The translations under genes were made by a program, and so were the position numbers. The notes under the pieces are model-generated. The model saw only the letters and a list, made by a program, of their open reading frames with translations. It was not told where the DNA came from and made no database searches. 64,000 nt of DNA, from positions 2,728,001-2,792,000 of the forward strand of contig JAMWBK010000003.1 of assembly GCA_029953675.1 (NCBI GenBank). Reading direction: 5' to 3'. The stretch is from Rhodosorus marinus CCMP1338. Taxonomy: Eukaryota > Plantae > Rhodophyta. Of this stretch, positions 1 through 12,545 are shown in pieces (position 1 is the stretch's first letter; each line of letters begins with the position of its first letter).

Positions 1-2639
1 TTGATGTAGGAGGTGAAATTGTTACTTTGAGGGGGTCCTTAGGCAGTAGAATGCTTATTTTTTATGTTTTGATGGGATTGGAAATTCTTCTTTCTTTTTT
101 ACGCGGCTGTGAATGAGATATGCGTTCCTTGGAAAGAGACTTTTCCTTCAATAGTATGATGTGTATTTAGTGTCGGCTCGTCGCGTGTGGTGGATGGATG
201 GGGGGATGGGGTGGGAGCTAAGGATGTGAGATGACAGAAGGAGAGTTGGTTGATGAAGAACGGGGCTTTGAGGTTTGTTTGGAACTGGAGTTAAGATGAT
301 GGAGTTTGAAGCTGGGGTGCATAAAGTGGAGCATTGCAGGGTGCGCCATCGAAGAACTGGGATGAATGGTACTGGGAGAGGCCGGCGGAAGCTGAAGGCG
401 ACGAAGAGGAATACGCACACGAGCCATCTTCTGGAGTACGAAATTTGGCCAGTTAAGAATGTTAGTATGCATAAACAGAAACGTTGCTCGATGAGCAAAA
501 TGTTCGAACTGAGCTGTACGCTGATCAATTGAGGGGATCGGACATCAGTTGGTCTTGTACATACTGCTGCTGCCATAAGAGTGATGTATCTATGAATCTG
601 ATAATCTAATGTGTATAATGGGTTCACCCTGCAAATAAACGACCGGATTATATTTCTGATTACAATTTAAGCGGAAGAAGCGCACAACTCAAACGAACTA
701 CGCTGTCCTACGGATGCATGTCCTACAGAAAGCAGGGATATCCCTGTCTGGTGAGGTTGGCAGTCACTTGGAAAAGCACCTCGACACCCGAGACTAGAGT
801 TCACCACTGATCGTAGACAACAATGTTGAGACTGGACCGCATAACAGTAGACGAAACTACTCTCACCAACTTGAGCAGATGAGACAATACCAGAGAAAAC
901 AGGAACTGCTCATTTCAAACATATTCATAGCTATCATGGCGAAAGGCATGCCAAGCGACTTTGCTCATGGATTGAACGCTGCTGGTAGTTGAGGAACAAG
1001 TCGCAGCGTGCACGGAAGCGGGTAAAGGGAACAGCCTCCACGGGTGCGCTCGCGAGCGCACAATTCCAATCTTCTGCCTCACCCTTTTCTACATCTTGTA
1101 TACTGGGAGCTGCGCATCCTGGCGGAACGCAAGGGCTTCCTCTGGCTGAAGGTGTATCTATCCCACAGAGCATCCAGCCCAAGGCGCAGAACCTCGTTTG
1201 CAATGACTTTCGACCTTTGGTTTACTGGCCTATCAAGGCCGCGCTATTGTTCGATTCGCGGACCCAGTGCGATTCGAGTACCTGCAATCTTCTCGGAGAA
1301 GGAAAGGGGAAAAGAGGCACGCTTCTAGATAATTCACCGCCAATAACGAACTTGTTAAAGACCGACCCTCCATCCAATCCCTTCAAACCCCTAAGAAAAG
1401 AAATACACTCCCGAATGAAGACCTAGCCATTTTTAAAATTAAATGATTGCAAGCCATTGGAAAGGTTTCCACAAAGTACCACCAACCCCCCCGCCAAAAA
1501 AAAATCCATGATCGTCCCCTTGCCTTGTTGTCATAAGAAACTAATCAACAACAGAAAACTCGGAGAAAAAAGAAGAAAAAGAGACCCCCCCCCCAAGGGT
1601 CATCCACACAAGCTCTCTCAATTGCGCAGAACTTGAGATGTTTCGGGATTGACGTCTGTCCTTACGACCAAAAGCTTCTGAAATTCAACTTCACGAACTA
1701 CCTAAAGGAGTCCTAAATAAGGTAAGTACCCCAAATCTATCCTTGTACTTGCTTACTTTTTGCACCTTTAGAGCTAAACCCCGACGTGCGCTCCGCTTAT
1801 AAACGTGTCTTGTCAGGACCTGAGAGTGGTTTGGACAACCTGTCGGAATTCTGCACAAGGACAAACTGTCCCCTTTCACCATACGAACGGCCTGTTCATC
1901 ACATAAAATTGATTGCGATATTGACTGAATATTACGAAGTTCAATTATTGCTGACCCATTGCGACGAGGTTCTCGTCCGATAGCTCGTGGAGTGCACGAG
2001 GTCCCTAAAGGCGGCAGCGGCCGCCCCGAAAATAGATCGGTCACAGTCATCCGCGGAGATACAGACTTTCTAAAGCATCTCGTGTACAAGTTTTCCACAT
2101 CTCCCCCCTGATTCCCGGCTTGTACGGGTACATCTCTACTTCGTCAGTGACGTCGAAGAAGCAGGTGGTCCGAAGCGTCTCCAGACAGAAAATCCATCGT
2201 CAGGATTACCATTGTGAGTCTCCTTCTCTTCTAAGTTATTTTTTTCTAGTTCGGTAACCGTTGTCGGGCGAACACGATTACTCAACGAATGCCGTACAAG
2301 CCGTGATTTGATCCGACCTTCATTCCAAACCTATGCTATAAGAAATACAAAATAAGTGTCCAAGAGCTTAAATGGAATCCTTTCGGCAACATCTAACGAA
2401 ACTTTCTCGTTCCAAAATCGCCGGAGAAAGAGGGTTCGACACGAACAATTCCGCTCTCGTGAACACCTCCCCGCTAACCATTCTATGCGATTAGATGGTT
2501 AAGCTCACACCGATACGCATTAGAAACAATCCACTTAAGATCTCACCTTTCTCAAGAACTTCAACCTTTACCTCTACAGCAAATCTCTCGGTCTCCCCCT
2601 CTCCTTCCTCCACCGCCTCCCATCACCAGTCTTGCTTAG

Positions 2640-3060
2640 GATAGTATCCAGAGTCCGGTTGTCGCTAGTCAACAGTGGGGGCGCGAAGAGTTGCGGATTT
2701 AGTGATTGAAGGTGCCAGCGGGCTCAGGAACACGTATGTGTACTTGAAGCTCCCTTGTCCCCTTGCGGCTCGGTTTCTGCGTGCTGCTTTCCGTCGTAGA
2801 GGAGCCAGGTGCGAATACGACGTGCAGGCACAAGGAGTCCGAGTATACGGAGGAGCTTACCAAACGCTGAGGCTTTGCGGTCTGAGGTTTCCCATCGGTT
2901 TGTCCCATTAGCTATAGAGGTCTTCGGATTCTTAGATAGCGCGGGGGGTGTTTGGCTGCGGGAGTGTTACCGTGACCGCGCTGATGCTCGTTCCGGACTG
3001 TAAGTTTCGGACTCTCTGGCGATGTCCTGCTGCCTTGGGGTTGGAGGCGCGCTCTCCACG
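2640..3060 (+). mobile_element. Degenerate 3' end (restriction-like endonuclease domain) of a CRE-like non-LTR retrotransposon
   Basis: Frameshifted translation gives RVADLVIEG...PLAARFLRAA...RHKESEY...RFVPLAIEVFGFLDSAGGVWLRE. This matches the RLE pattern (D-x-V...K..KY...F.PLA.E.FG). Stops and frameshifts are present. Confidence 0.55.
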
Positions 3061-4230
3061 CCCTCCCTAGGGTACCTCATTCATGGTCCTTCGCCTCCGA
3101 TTAAACCGATCCAATTCCAGGCACACGGTTGTTAACAAGCATCATGGCGTATAGAAAATCAGTAGATTGAGATTGACAGTCTGTCCACCTCAGAAATAAT
3201 CACTGTTCAATTCCAGCGAGAAAATTCCAAAAGAACCCAATTACATTTGGAGGGCACACGCTGCTAAGCGGGCAATTTTTTTGCCCCAAATAACCTCCGA
3301 GGCATCGTCAGGTAAACAGTAAGCGAATGTACGAGCCCAAGGAGGCGTCCAGACGTAATGAAAATTCAGCAGTAGTCTAGCGGCTCGATTCTTTAGGCTA
3401 GATGCAGGTCAAGTACAGACTTGGTTTTGGAGTAGAACTTGGCTTTCCTTCGTGTAGAAATGATCGTGCTAAGGAAAAGGAAGCAAGTCGGCGGAAAAAG
3501 TACAAGGATCTAAGGGGAAATACAGATTGGTGGTCAGAGCTCTTGTTCTGCAGTGATAATCCCAAAATCGGTGGATTTTGGGGGCTCAAGCAGCTGACCT
3601 CCTGAGTGGTTGAATCCAGGGGGAGGGCGGTGTCCCCATAGCCTTTATTCGTCCCGATGGAAGAGGAACCCCTGAGTCGGTGGATCCAGGGGGTGGCCTT
3701 CCCCACCCCTAGGACCGCCTGCAGCCCTTCCCAGGAGGAAGGCTGCTCTCCCGGAAGTCCACGATACCAATCTGTTACCGTCTTTGCTAGGCCCCTTCCT
3801 GATACGAAAAGACTGCTTGAGCTCGGGATATCCACGAATATATGGACAGTCAGCGATACCAATATGCAATGTGAGTGCCTTGATGATCCGTGCCGTCCAA
3901 TCTAGGCAATAACAGCTTGGAGGGTTTCCCAGGGCTGTCGGGATGCAGAAGAAAGTAGTTGCAAGTTGGGGATAAACGAGAGTTTAAAAAAGGGAAACCG
4001 AGAACCGAAAGCCGAACAATGGATACTCCGAAGAGGGTTCCAAATGTCTCGTCAGAGTGACGGAGGAGGTGAGGTGAATAAAACAGAAGTGGGCTGCGCG
4101 TTTGTGGGAAAAAAACACCACAAACGCTTCGTTGGACTCCCACGATTTTTCCCCATTCGCTTAACAATTTTGACTGTATCAATCAATATTTTCAATCAGT
4201 GTCGAAACCTCGTTCACGCCTGTTAGTCCG
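3040..4230 (-). mobile_element. Ty3/gypsy LTR-retrotransposon relic (gag fragment plus a short integrase-region fragment)
   Basis: Minus frame contains TDWYRGLPGEQPSSWEGLQAVL (gag A..WY..L.....SW..L pattern) with in-frame stops. 3059-3111 is about 83% identical to part of the gypsy integrase relic at 52773-52824. Confidence 0.5.
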
Positions 4231-7200
4231 TAACTCTCCTTCCTCACCTGAGTTGCGAAAGGTACCCCTCAACCTTTGAGATATCCTCCAGGGTTGGGCC
4301 AGCGATCAAGTCTCGCGGAGACCGATTTCCCCCTGTATCACCCTCTGAGGGACAGCGGGTGCCTTAGTCAATCACTTCCAGGAGCATCCGCACCGTCTGT
4401 GCCATCTACTTCGGGGTCCAGCTACCATCTCCCGGAATCGTTCTGTGTAACACCTCCTCTCGAGCCTCCCGCCGAGACTCGGCCTCCTCACCACGAATAG
4501 GACCATCCCACGAGGTGGGGACTGCTTTTCGCTCTCCTCTGTCCAGCCCACTTCTCTGTTCATCAACCGGCGGAACACGAATCTGCGATTAGGGCAACGT
4601 GAAAATGCAGTAATTCAAGGTCACATGAACATGATTTGCTTTCCCGTTGTTGTATGGCTGTTTGTGGAAGAGCCTCACGGTGGGAAGGTTGACTTAGTTC
4701 TTCCCGAGCTCCCCAGCAGATGCGGATGGATGTGACCAAGGGTGCTTGGTATGAACCCCGGCAAACAGGAGCCATATCAAAGCCCTAGCAAAGCCCTGAG
4801 CGCTTGCAAACCGTGCCGAGTGGATCAAAGTTCATATTTTGAGACTGTAACCTACTGCAAAAACGCCGAAGGACCAGAATTACCTAACGCCAGCTGCTGC
4901 CCATCTTCTCGAGCAAAACGTTTGTGGTTGGAGTCCGTACGCGCTTGTGAGTGTTTACGTGTAGGATTGTTGACTATCCCGCAAATTCTCGAATACGTAA
5001 AATTCATGATTGTGAACCTGTCACAATTCCATATTGCCTACGGCGGGACGTCTTTTTTAGAACTAATCCTCTGGAACTAGGAGCGGACGACTGATAGCTT
5101 CACGACGTTGAGCACACTAAGAACCACTGAGGACAGATTTCAAAAGGATGACGGAAAGAAAGGCTAATTGGTTTCGACTGCAGTTGGTACGAAAATAGCG
5201 AGGACTCGCATGGTGCATAGCACTTGCGTCAAGTGAGATCAATGGAACCAGCAACGGTGTGGACAGGGTTGAAGAGGTTTGTGCTCTAGGGATGTAGTGC
5301 CGAATCCGGCTGGTCGAGTTCTCTAGTAATGTTCTTGTGTAACAAAACACGCTCGAGTCTACTTAGCTGGATGTTGAGTACGAACCATTGGCAGAACTGC
5401 AGACCACCTCCTGACCACGCCACTTACCCAGACGGCAACTGTACTCGATTTACTGAGCACTATTCACTGCATGGGTTCCGCCACAATTCGGTCCCGCGAC
5501 TGCTCACACAGCGTAGTAGTCCATAACTTTTATCGAAGACAAACCGCATTCTCCCCACTCTGCACCCCCCCACCACCCAAACACGCAACTAGTTCTTTGT
5601 TGTTTTTTTTCGTTTGGAAGGCTGGTTGGGGAGACTTCACTGGATCTTATTGTATCCAATACATTGGATACAAAGTTTAGTTTTTTTTTCTCTCTCTCTC
5701 TTTCCATATTCTTATCGAATCGCCCCTGCATGGAAAAAAAAATTTCCATAACTTCTTAGTTAATCTGGAATTATTTCCAAGATCACCATCATCATCATCA
5801 GTGATTCAATTGGAAAATTCAAGAAATAGTCGGCTTCAAAATTGGTTTCCTTTAAATTGTTTTCTAGATAAATAATTGCCTAGTTGTACAGCAGTGCCTT
5901 TTTCTTTTCTTTTCGGAAATGTAGATTGAGCACCATTTCTTGGTGTTTGTCAGGAAGCGGGGTCGAGGCTCATCCTCTCAGAGGAGCGCTGGGGATGTAC
6001 AGAGTATATGATGTAGTAAGGGAGAATGAACTTACTGCAAGAGTTTTACGAGACAAAAATTGTTTCCGTTGCAACTAGCATATTCGAAAAGAAGCGGGGG
6101 AAGTACGCGATCAGGTCTGGATTCGAGGTTCAGCGAAGACGGACTTCGCTTCTCCACATGGGCGACTGTGACTTGCCGCTGTAAACAGCTCAACCCTCAA
6201 AACACGTTCAGTAGCTGCGACTTTTTCCAAAGTATTCCTGCGTTTGAGGGTGGTTGCGGTTCAGCCCAGAAAAGCTGGGGCACGAAAATGAACAGCGCGA
6301 GAGATTAGCCGTACGGGTAGAGCTGAGGACTTCTCCAATTGCTTAAAACCTGTCCATCTGTACTTACAAAGTTGACTGGAAAGAAGGAAAACCTAACGTG
6401 TGAATGTTCATTAAGCGCCGCGGAAGATAGCAGGTCTACAACATACTCCAGTAGCTGAGCACCTTTCCACAACCGAGGGAGGACACGAAGAAGTATCAGA
6501 ACTTGTTTCCTGGGGTCCGTTCAGTTGGTGCCCTATTCATTTATTAGTACTGAATCCTATGCCAGCTCAGAATCGTTTCCAATCAATCAATAGTACTGGT
6601 TCGTGTCCGAAATCTTTAAACTGTTCATCTACTTCACTTAATCAACAGTGATCGAAAAGGGTGGGGATCCGAATATCAGTTTCTAAAACTAAATGAATAA
6701 ATGAAGTCAATTGTCTCTCGATACGTGATGATATTAAAAAAGTCCGAGCATGCTGTGTATACCACATGAATGTTGCTAATATTTTTCATTAAAGATATTG
6801 TAACTTGCACGCATTGTTTGAGGTTGAGCGGAGCGGAGACCCCTTCAAAAGGTTACCTGTCCGATATCTTCAGAGTTCTGAAAAGGGGTAAGCGAGGCAC
6901 TAGGAAGTGGTGGGGTTCAAAGAAGCACGCGAACGATAAATAAAATCTAGATTTCTTAGCAAGTTGCTGAAGTAGGACTAGATCCTTGGACTTTGGGGTT
7001 TGGATTTGTTTAGAGCGCCATAGGAGTGTCAGTGGTGAGCTGCGGTAGGTAGAATAAAGGCTGACTCGAAAGAATTTATCTATTCTTTCTAGTATCGTTA
7101 GCTGCATCTTGGAATATTTCACTTTCCTCCCCGATTCCAGTACGTGACTCGACGAGTGAATGCAAGTGATGATTAGATTTAATCCTTTAGCTGAGTTTAC

Positions 7201-7558
7201 GAAAGACAGAACCAAACAACCCGTTGTAAAGCACTCCAATTCAATACTTAGTTGTGGAGAACCGATCAAATTCTCGGGGAGCAGAGCTTCCTTAAGAGTC
7301 TAAATGCGACAGAGTGGATTGAATGCTGGAGCGTTTTGACTGCATATTTTTCGTGCGTTTACTAGGGAGCAGGTGGTGCCATTCCTTCGAAAACCACGGA
7401 TCTGGAATTTGCGTAAAGAAACATAAGTTTCCACCCATCCATTTCCTACTGTTCTTGAAACTTTCATTACGAGAATGAATGTTTTGAACCTTTTGCGGAA
7501 ACGAAATACTAAAGAAGAACGATCCTACCTCTGATGTTCAGATGAATCTATGATGATC

Positions 7559-7848
7559 GGCACTCAGCAGGATCGCAACTTTAGAATTGCTCTGCTTCAG
7601 GTTGCGCGAAAGCTCGGAGAATGTGAACAATGGAAGTGGACAGCGCGTCTCCGCAAAACCATGAGCGGAGATCCAGTCCAAACTTCCCACCGGTAAACCT
7701 CTTTTCCGGATCCTCACAAGCCTCGCTCACTGTCCACGTTCACAATTCTCGCCGACTGGAAATTCCGACGAGAGTTCTCCCGCGCGCTCGGGATGTGCTG
7801 GGGGCTCAGCATTTCGAACGCACTCTATTTCCGATCTCCTGCCGTGCT
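7559..7848. ncRNA. Candidate ~290-nt structured non-coding RNA (family unassigned)
   Basis: The ends pair (GCAC/GTGC, GCAGGA/TCCTGC). There is a 20-bp arm (7617-7643 with 7730-7750) and several internal hairpins (cgcaac/gttgcg, tctccgc/gcggaga, tcccg/cggga, tgctg/cagca). No credible ORF. Confidence 0.45.
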
Positions 7849-10104
7849 AATATATCAATACAACCCGGAAAAGGCCTCAACAGAAAGGCAATAAAAAAAC
7901 CTCGATCAGCACTCTCCTAAAAATTAAAAAAAGAGGAAATTCCGTGCATTCCGGGAACGCGTCAAATGCGTTGAGTGCGTTCCGGAAAACAGGTCAAATT
8001 CATTCGCGCTCAACTCCCATCGGACAACCGGATTCAATTGCGAAAGGAATAGACCACCCAAAAAGTATATAAAAAGGGGATCCAATCCAGAGTTCCGCAT
8101 AGCACATTCGCAACCCTTGACTGAACACAATTTTTGATACTGGCTCGGCGCTCGGAAACCCCTCCCTCACCGCAAAAGCTCATGGATCCTACCTCGACTA
8201 AAATTTTATTTACTTCCCCGAGAAAACACTCAGTGGGAGCGACAAAAACAACCCAAAAACTTAAACACATTTATAGAGACTGAACTCGACAAAAATAGAA
8301 TTTTATGATAACACTTCCTCCCCCCCCCATTCCTGTAAGCGTGCGTGGTGTTACATAAGATTTTTCGTCTCCATTTTTTTTCTTTTTATATGATTGCAAT
8401 TCATTCCCCTTCGGCCCCCCTCAAACATTTTTTTTTAACCCCCGTCACTCACAGGCGCACACTCCGGATGCTTCTTCAAAATCGATCACGTTAATGTGCT
8501 CAGTAATCCTTTCTCCACGCCAATTCAACAGGTTTTAAGAAGAGGAGTATTATTAGAAATTAATACGCTGTTTATCCTAAAATTAAACTTGGACTTGTCC
8601 TATATAATCGGCACTAAGGCCCCCCCTCCATGATGTGATTTTACGCGTTTCCACTGTAATGAAAATAAATTTTAGTACTTATCCGGAAGAGGGTGTGTCG
8701 CTCGGGGGGCGTAGCGGAATGTGAACTTTCAGTAACAAAAGGATATATAGCAGGTAAGCAGCATTTATTGATATTATATATATGATGTATATTTTTATTA
8801 GATGGTCGATCTGAATGCATAATCCTCTTTTTCTTCGAAAGAGGAAAAAAGTGGAAAAGAGGAAGAAAAAAGGGACAAACCGGAGTTTAGATTTGCGCGA
8901 CTGAAAAATAGTGTAAGAAGCAATGCTGAGTCCTTATCCCAAGCCCCTTGTATTGCACGTATCCCGCTGACTTCATCGTTATATTTTCTTTCTCTAGAGG
9001 ACAAGTTGATATTTAACTCCCAATCCTAAGGGGGGTGGAGACATATTGTCAGCGTTTTTCTTTATTTCTAAAGAAAAGGTTTGGTCTTATTATATGGCGT
9101 TGTTGTGAGAAATGAAAATGCGCACAGATGATAAAACTATATTTAAAAAAACAGGATATCAATGTTTTATAGAACAAACAACCCCGAATTATCCCGCGAT
9201 AAAAAGGACCTTCGAAAATTCATAAAAAGTTGAATAATCAAGGATACTAATTATTGAATATTTATAGATGAGTGGAAGTACATGAGTATTTGATTGGTAA
9301 GAGGCCGAAAACTAAGCCCGGGGGACCCCAAGGTTGGACCGAAAAAAGGGCATCCCCCGTTGTTCACTACTATATATCTTTTTTAAACTGGATTTTCACG
9401 ATTGGACACTTTTTGTTTGCGTGCGTGTGTGAGAAGGGTAAGAAGAAAAGGGGGAGAGGATAGAATAAAGAGGGGGGAGGGGTTAGGGGAGTAAAGTATT
9501 GCTCAGTCGTCCGTTGGAGCTTTTTGGTATTTATTTATTTCGCATTTGTTTTTTGATGTATTTGTTGATATCCATTTCATTGAAGGGGGTGGGGAGGAGG
9601 GAACAGGGATTGAGATGAGCTTTTTGGAATTTTTTTTTTCCATGGGGAGAGGGGGGAAGGGGGTTGAAGGGAATGGTGGTTGATGCGGACTTGCGTATGT
9701 GCAGGTGGATACAGTTCGTATTGGTAGTACACTCTATTTGCATATGCGCAGGGGTGTAGTGAGCAACAGTGAAAGAGGGAGCAGGGTATAAAACTTTTTT
9801 TCGTGTGGCAGGCAAGGAGTGGTTTTCAGAGGTTGAGGCCCGCGGTGAAAGTAACTAGACGAACCGGGGACGGGGCCGACGGCTTGGCGGCGTGGGTGAT
9901 ATGGAGTTGTGAAGTTGTGATGGTACAGGGGTTTGTGGTAGCTTGAGGGGAGGGAAAGGGAGCAAAGCATTTATTTTTTCTTTTGCTTCTGTCTGAGGGG
10001 TTTGAGTCGGCCAAGCTAGGCGTTGCTGTAAAGAGAAGCCGCGACGGGAACCGGACCCTGTTAGAGGGTTGGTGTTGAGCTCGGATCCTTGCCCAGTTGA
10101 TGTT

Positions 10105-12277
10105 ATGTTGATGTGTATGAATAACAACCTGGACTTGACAACGGAAGTCTCTATAAAGGAATTTTCCTCTGAAAATTCCTTTTTGATGACACCTAGTGGA
10201 CACTCTCCTTCAGGGCTGGGTCCCGGGCCAGAGAATAGCTTTGGGTGGAAACCATATCGGTACGTTCTTTTAGCTGCTAAACACAGTCTGGTTTTCAATC
10301 CGTCAGTGGCCTGCCCGGACGCTGCTGGTCCGTTTGTTGTAACCTGTTTGCTAAATGTCACCGCTGTCCCACTCTTGTTTCTGGCGATGCAGGGGTGCCG
10401 TTCGGGTTGACTCCCCGAATGCAGCCTCAATGATGTGTACGGACAGGTGGCCTGAAGGTCTGAGCATCTCTGCTAGTTTGGAGAACGAGCTGTCCTGGGA
10501 TATCGTCAAAGAGGAGTGGAGATGGCACAAGACATGGCGTCTCCCAGAAGTGTATGTGCATGTCTCTGCGTTGGAAAAGGTGAACATGAACGTTGCGCGT
10601 TTGTCGATGGTGTATATGGATCCAAGAGCGGGAATGCGCGAGATCAAAATGTTAGGCTCTCAGGGGCACACATCTCCGTTCTATTCCACACTCGTAAATG
10701 GAAAGGCGACGTTCTCGCGTATTAGACTGACGGGGACCTCCAACAAATGTGGAGGGGAGAGGTTCCATCTCCTCGTCTCCTTGGTGCCCGATGTGGCAAA
10801 TTCGTCTAATGTGAGTACACCGTTCAAAATTGTATGCAAGCAAGTGGCATCGTAGAATAAAATTTCTACAGTGTAAATTGACCCGGTGATTTTCCCTGCG
10901 CACCGTTTACAGGAAATTTATTCGCTCATTTCGAGCCCATTTTGTGTATATTCTCGACGTGACGCTGACAAAACTAACAGAGGAAGAAATCAGGACGAGT
11001 CTTCAAAGTGGTCTACGTTCCCTCCCGTGATGCTCTCCAACAAGCTCGCTAAGAAAACTACTGATAAGAAGGGCTCAAGTACCACGGAGGAGATCACAGA
11101 TTCCTGGGTGGGAATCATTCGGTACTTCCAAGCGCCGAACATTAGAGGGAAGAACAGGTACCCGCTGCTAACGTGTCTCCGCTTTAGCTCGGTGTTGATG
11201 ATTCTACGGAACACCGACCTGTTTCCAGAAGCTGACGAGAGGGCGCTGCGGAATCTGTTCTGCGTCTCGGGATTCTCATTGAAGTGCGCACTTTCGGTTT
11301 GCACCAAGTGCAATCCAAGGACGCATAAGAAGGGCACTGCTCCTCTGTGGTTTGTGACCTTGAGAAACTTTCAAACCTACAAGCCAGCACACGTGAAGTG
11401 GTTGATAGATCACATGTACTACATGAAATCTCCCGAATTCAGGTTCATCGCCGATCCGAAGGTGCTACCGTCGAAATACGTTCCAACGGAGAACGTTGCG
11501 GAGATGGAGGCTCTGTACACAAGGCTGTATGAACTAGAGGCTAACGCCAAGTCCGCCCCGAAGAAGTCAGCTCCTTCAGCTCCTTCAGCACCACTGCCGA
11601 AAATTGCTGAACCGAGCAGTACGGAGACGGAGGGGAGCAGTCGACTTTCGCAGCAAACGCTGGTGCTCCGCTCAAAGTACGCGGATAAGGATGTCGGATC
11701 GTATGCTAAGCCACCTCTGAAATTCGATTCAGAGCAGGAGAGCAAGAGATTCGAACAGTTTTATAGCCAGATCCATCTCGAGACTGAGAGCCTGCTGGAC
11801 CGTGTCTCTGATGAGGTGGCTGGCTTGTTGACGAACAGTTCGGAGGGGAGAGTACACGGCATTCGGCAGCTAATTTTGAGGTGTGCGCAGAGCTTCGAAG
11901 TACACGCGTTTGCGGAGGAATCTGTGCTGTTTGCGGAAATGCAGAAGAGGAACCCTGGAATTTGCGAGTCATACAAAGTGGATCACGTTCGATTGAGAGA
12001 CAAGTTTAGGGGGCTATATGAGGTTGCTAGTCAACTCAGCGAACCCACACAGATTTTCCTCAAGGGTGTACAGTTTGCTGAAGTAATGCGAGAGCACCTG
12101 AGGAAGGAGAGAGACCACCTGTTCCCTTGCTTCCTGCAGACGTTTTCCGAGGAAGAGCTTGGTGCTCTCTGGAGAGCCGCCCAGATGGCAATGCAGATGA
12201 AAAGCTTCTCCCTCAGATCTCAGTCCAAGGACAGTGCCCAGAGTCAAACACCTCGGAGTAGCGACTCCGGTTTCTAA
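10105..12277 (+). CDS. Putative Ig-fold (NDT80/CudA/CBP60-like) DNA-binding protein with a C-terminal hemerythrin/HHE domain; 3 exons (10105-10259, 10393-10810, 10913-12277)
   Basis: GT-AG introns join three ORFs in frame. N-terminal GKATFSRIRLTGTSNKCGGERFHLLVSL...ISSPFCVYSRR. C-terminal four-helix pattern H...HAFAEE...DH...EHLRKE. Confidence 0.75.
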
Positions 12278-12545
12278 ATACTACCTGACTGCAGGCTCCT
12301 CGGTTGTTTAGTAGGTTCTCTTTACACGTAGTTCCTTGCTGTTTACTTTACACTACTTTCTAACTCTCTACTTGCGAAGGATAGGCGGATGATCATATAT
12401 TTTTGGAGCAATGATGATTAACAGCTCACTGCACATATGTAATGAATATAGTAAAGTTGATGGCAGCCAAGTGGGCATGTAAACCGCTCTGAATGTACAA
12501 GATTTTCCCGCCCTTCAGCTCGCGTTTGGGCTAGTTTTGTTGTCC

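Noticed and set aside
148-2100. Assorted 65-160 aa ORFs
   Set aside because: No recognisable domains, overlapping in several frames and interrupted by stops; treated as non-coding or decayed sequence.
3059-3111. Possible HDV-like or pistol ribozyme (GCGAA/GCTAA variation between the two repeat copies)
   Set aside because: No P1/P2/P3 pairing could be built, and the hairpin in one copy is not conserved in the other.
6027-6480. Possible MULE/FAR1-like transposase fragment (KYAIRSGFEVQRRRTS)
   Set aside because: A single short motif; no DDE domain or TIRs recognised.
7575-7615. TPP-riboswitch-like AACCTGAAGCAGAGCAAT on the minus strand
   Set aside because: Lacks the CUGAGA element and the P2/P3 architecture.
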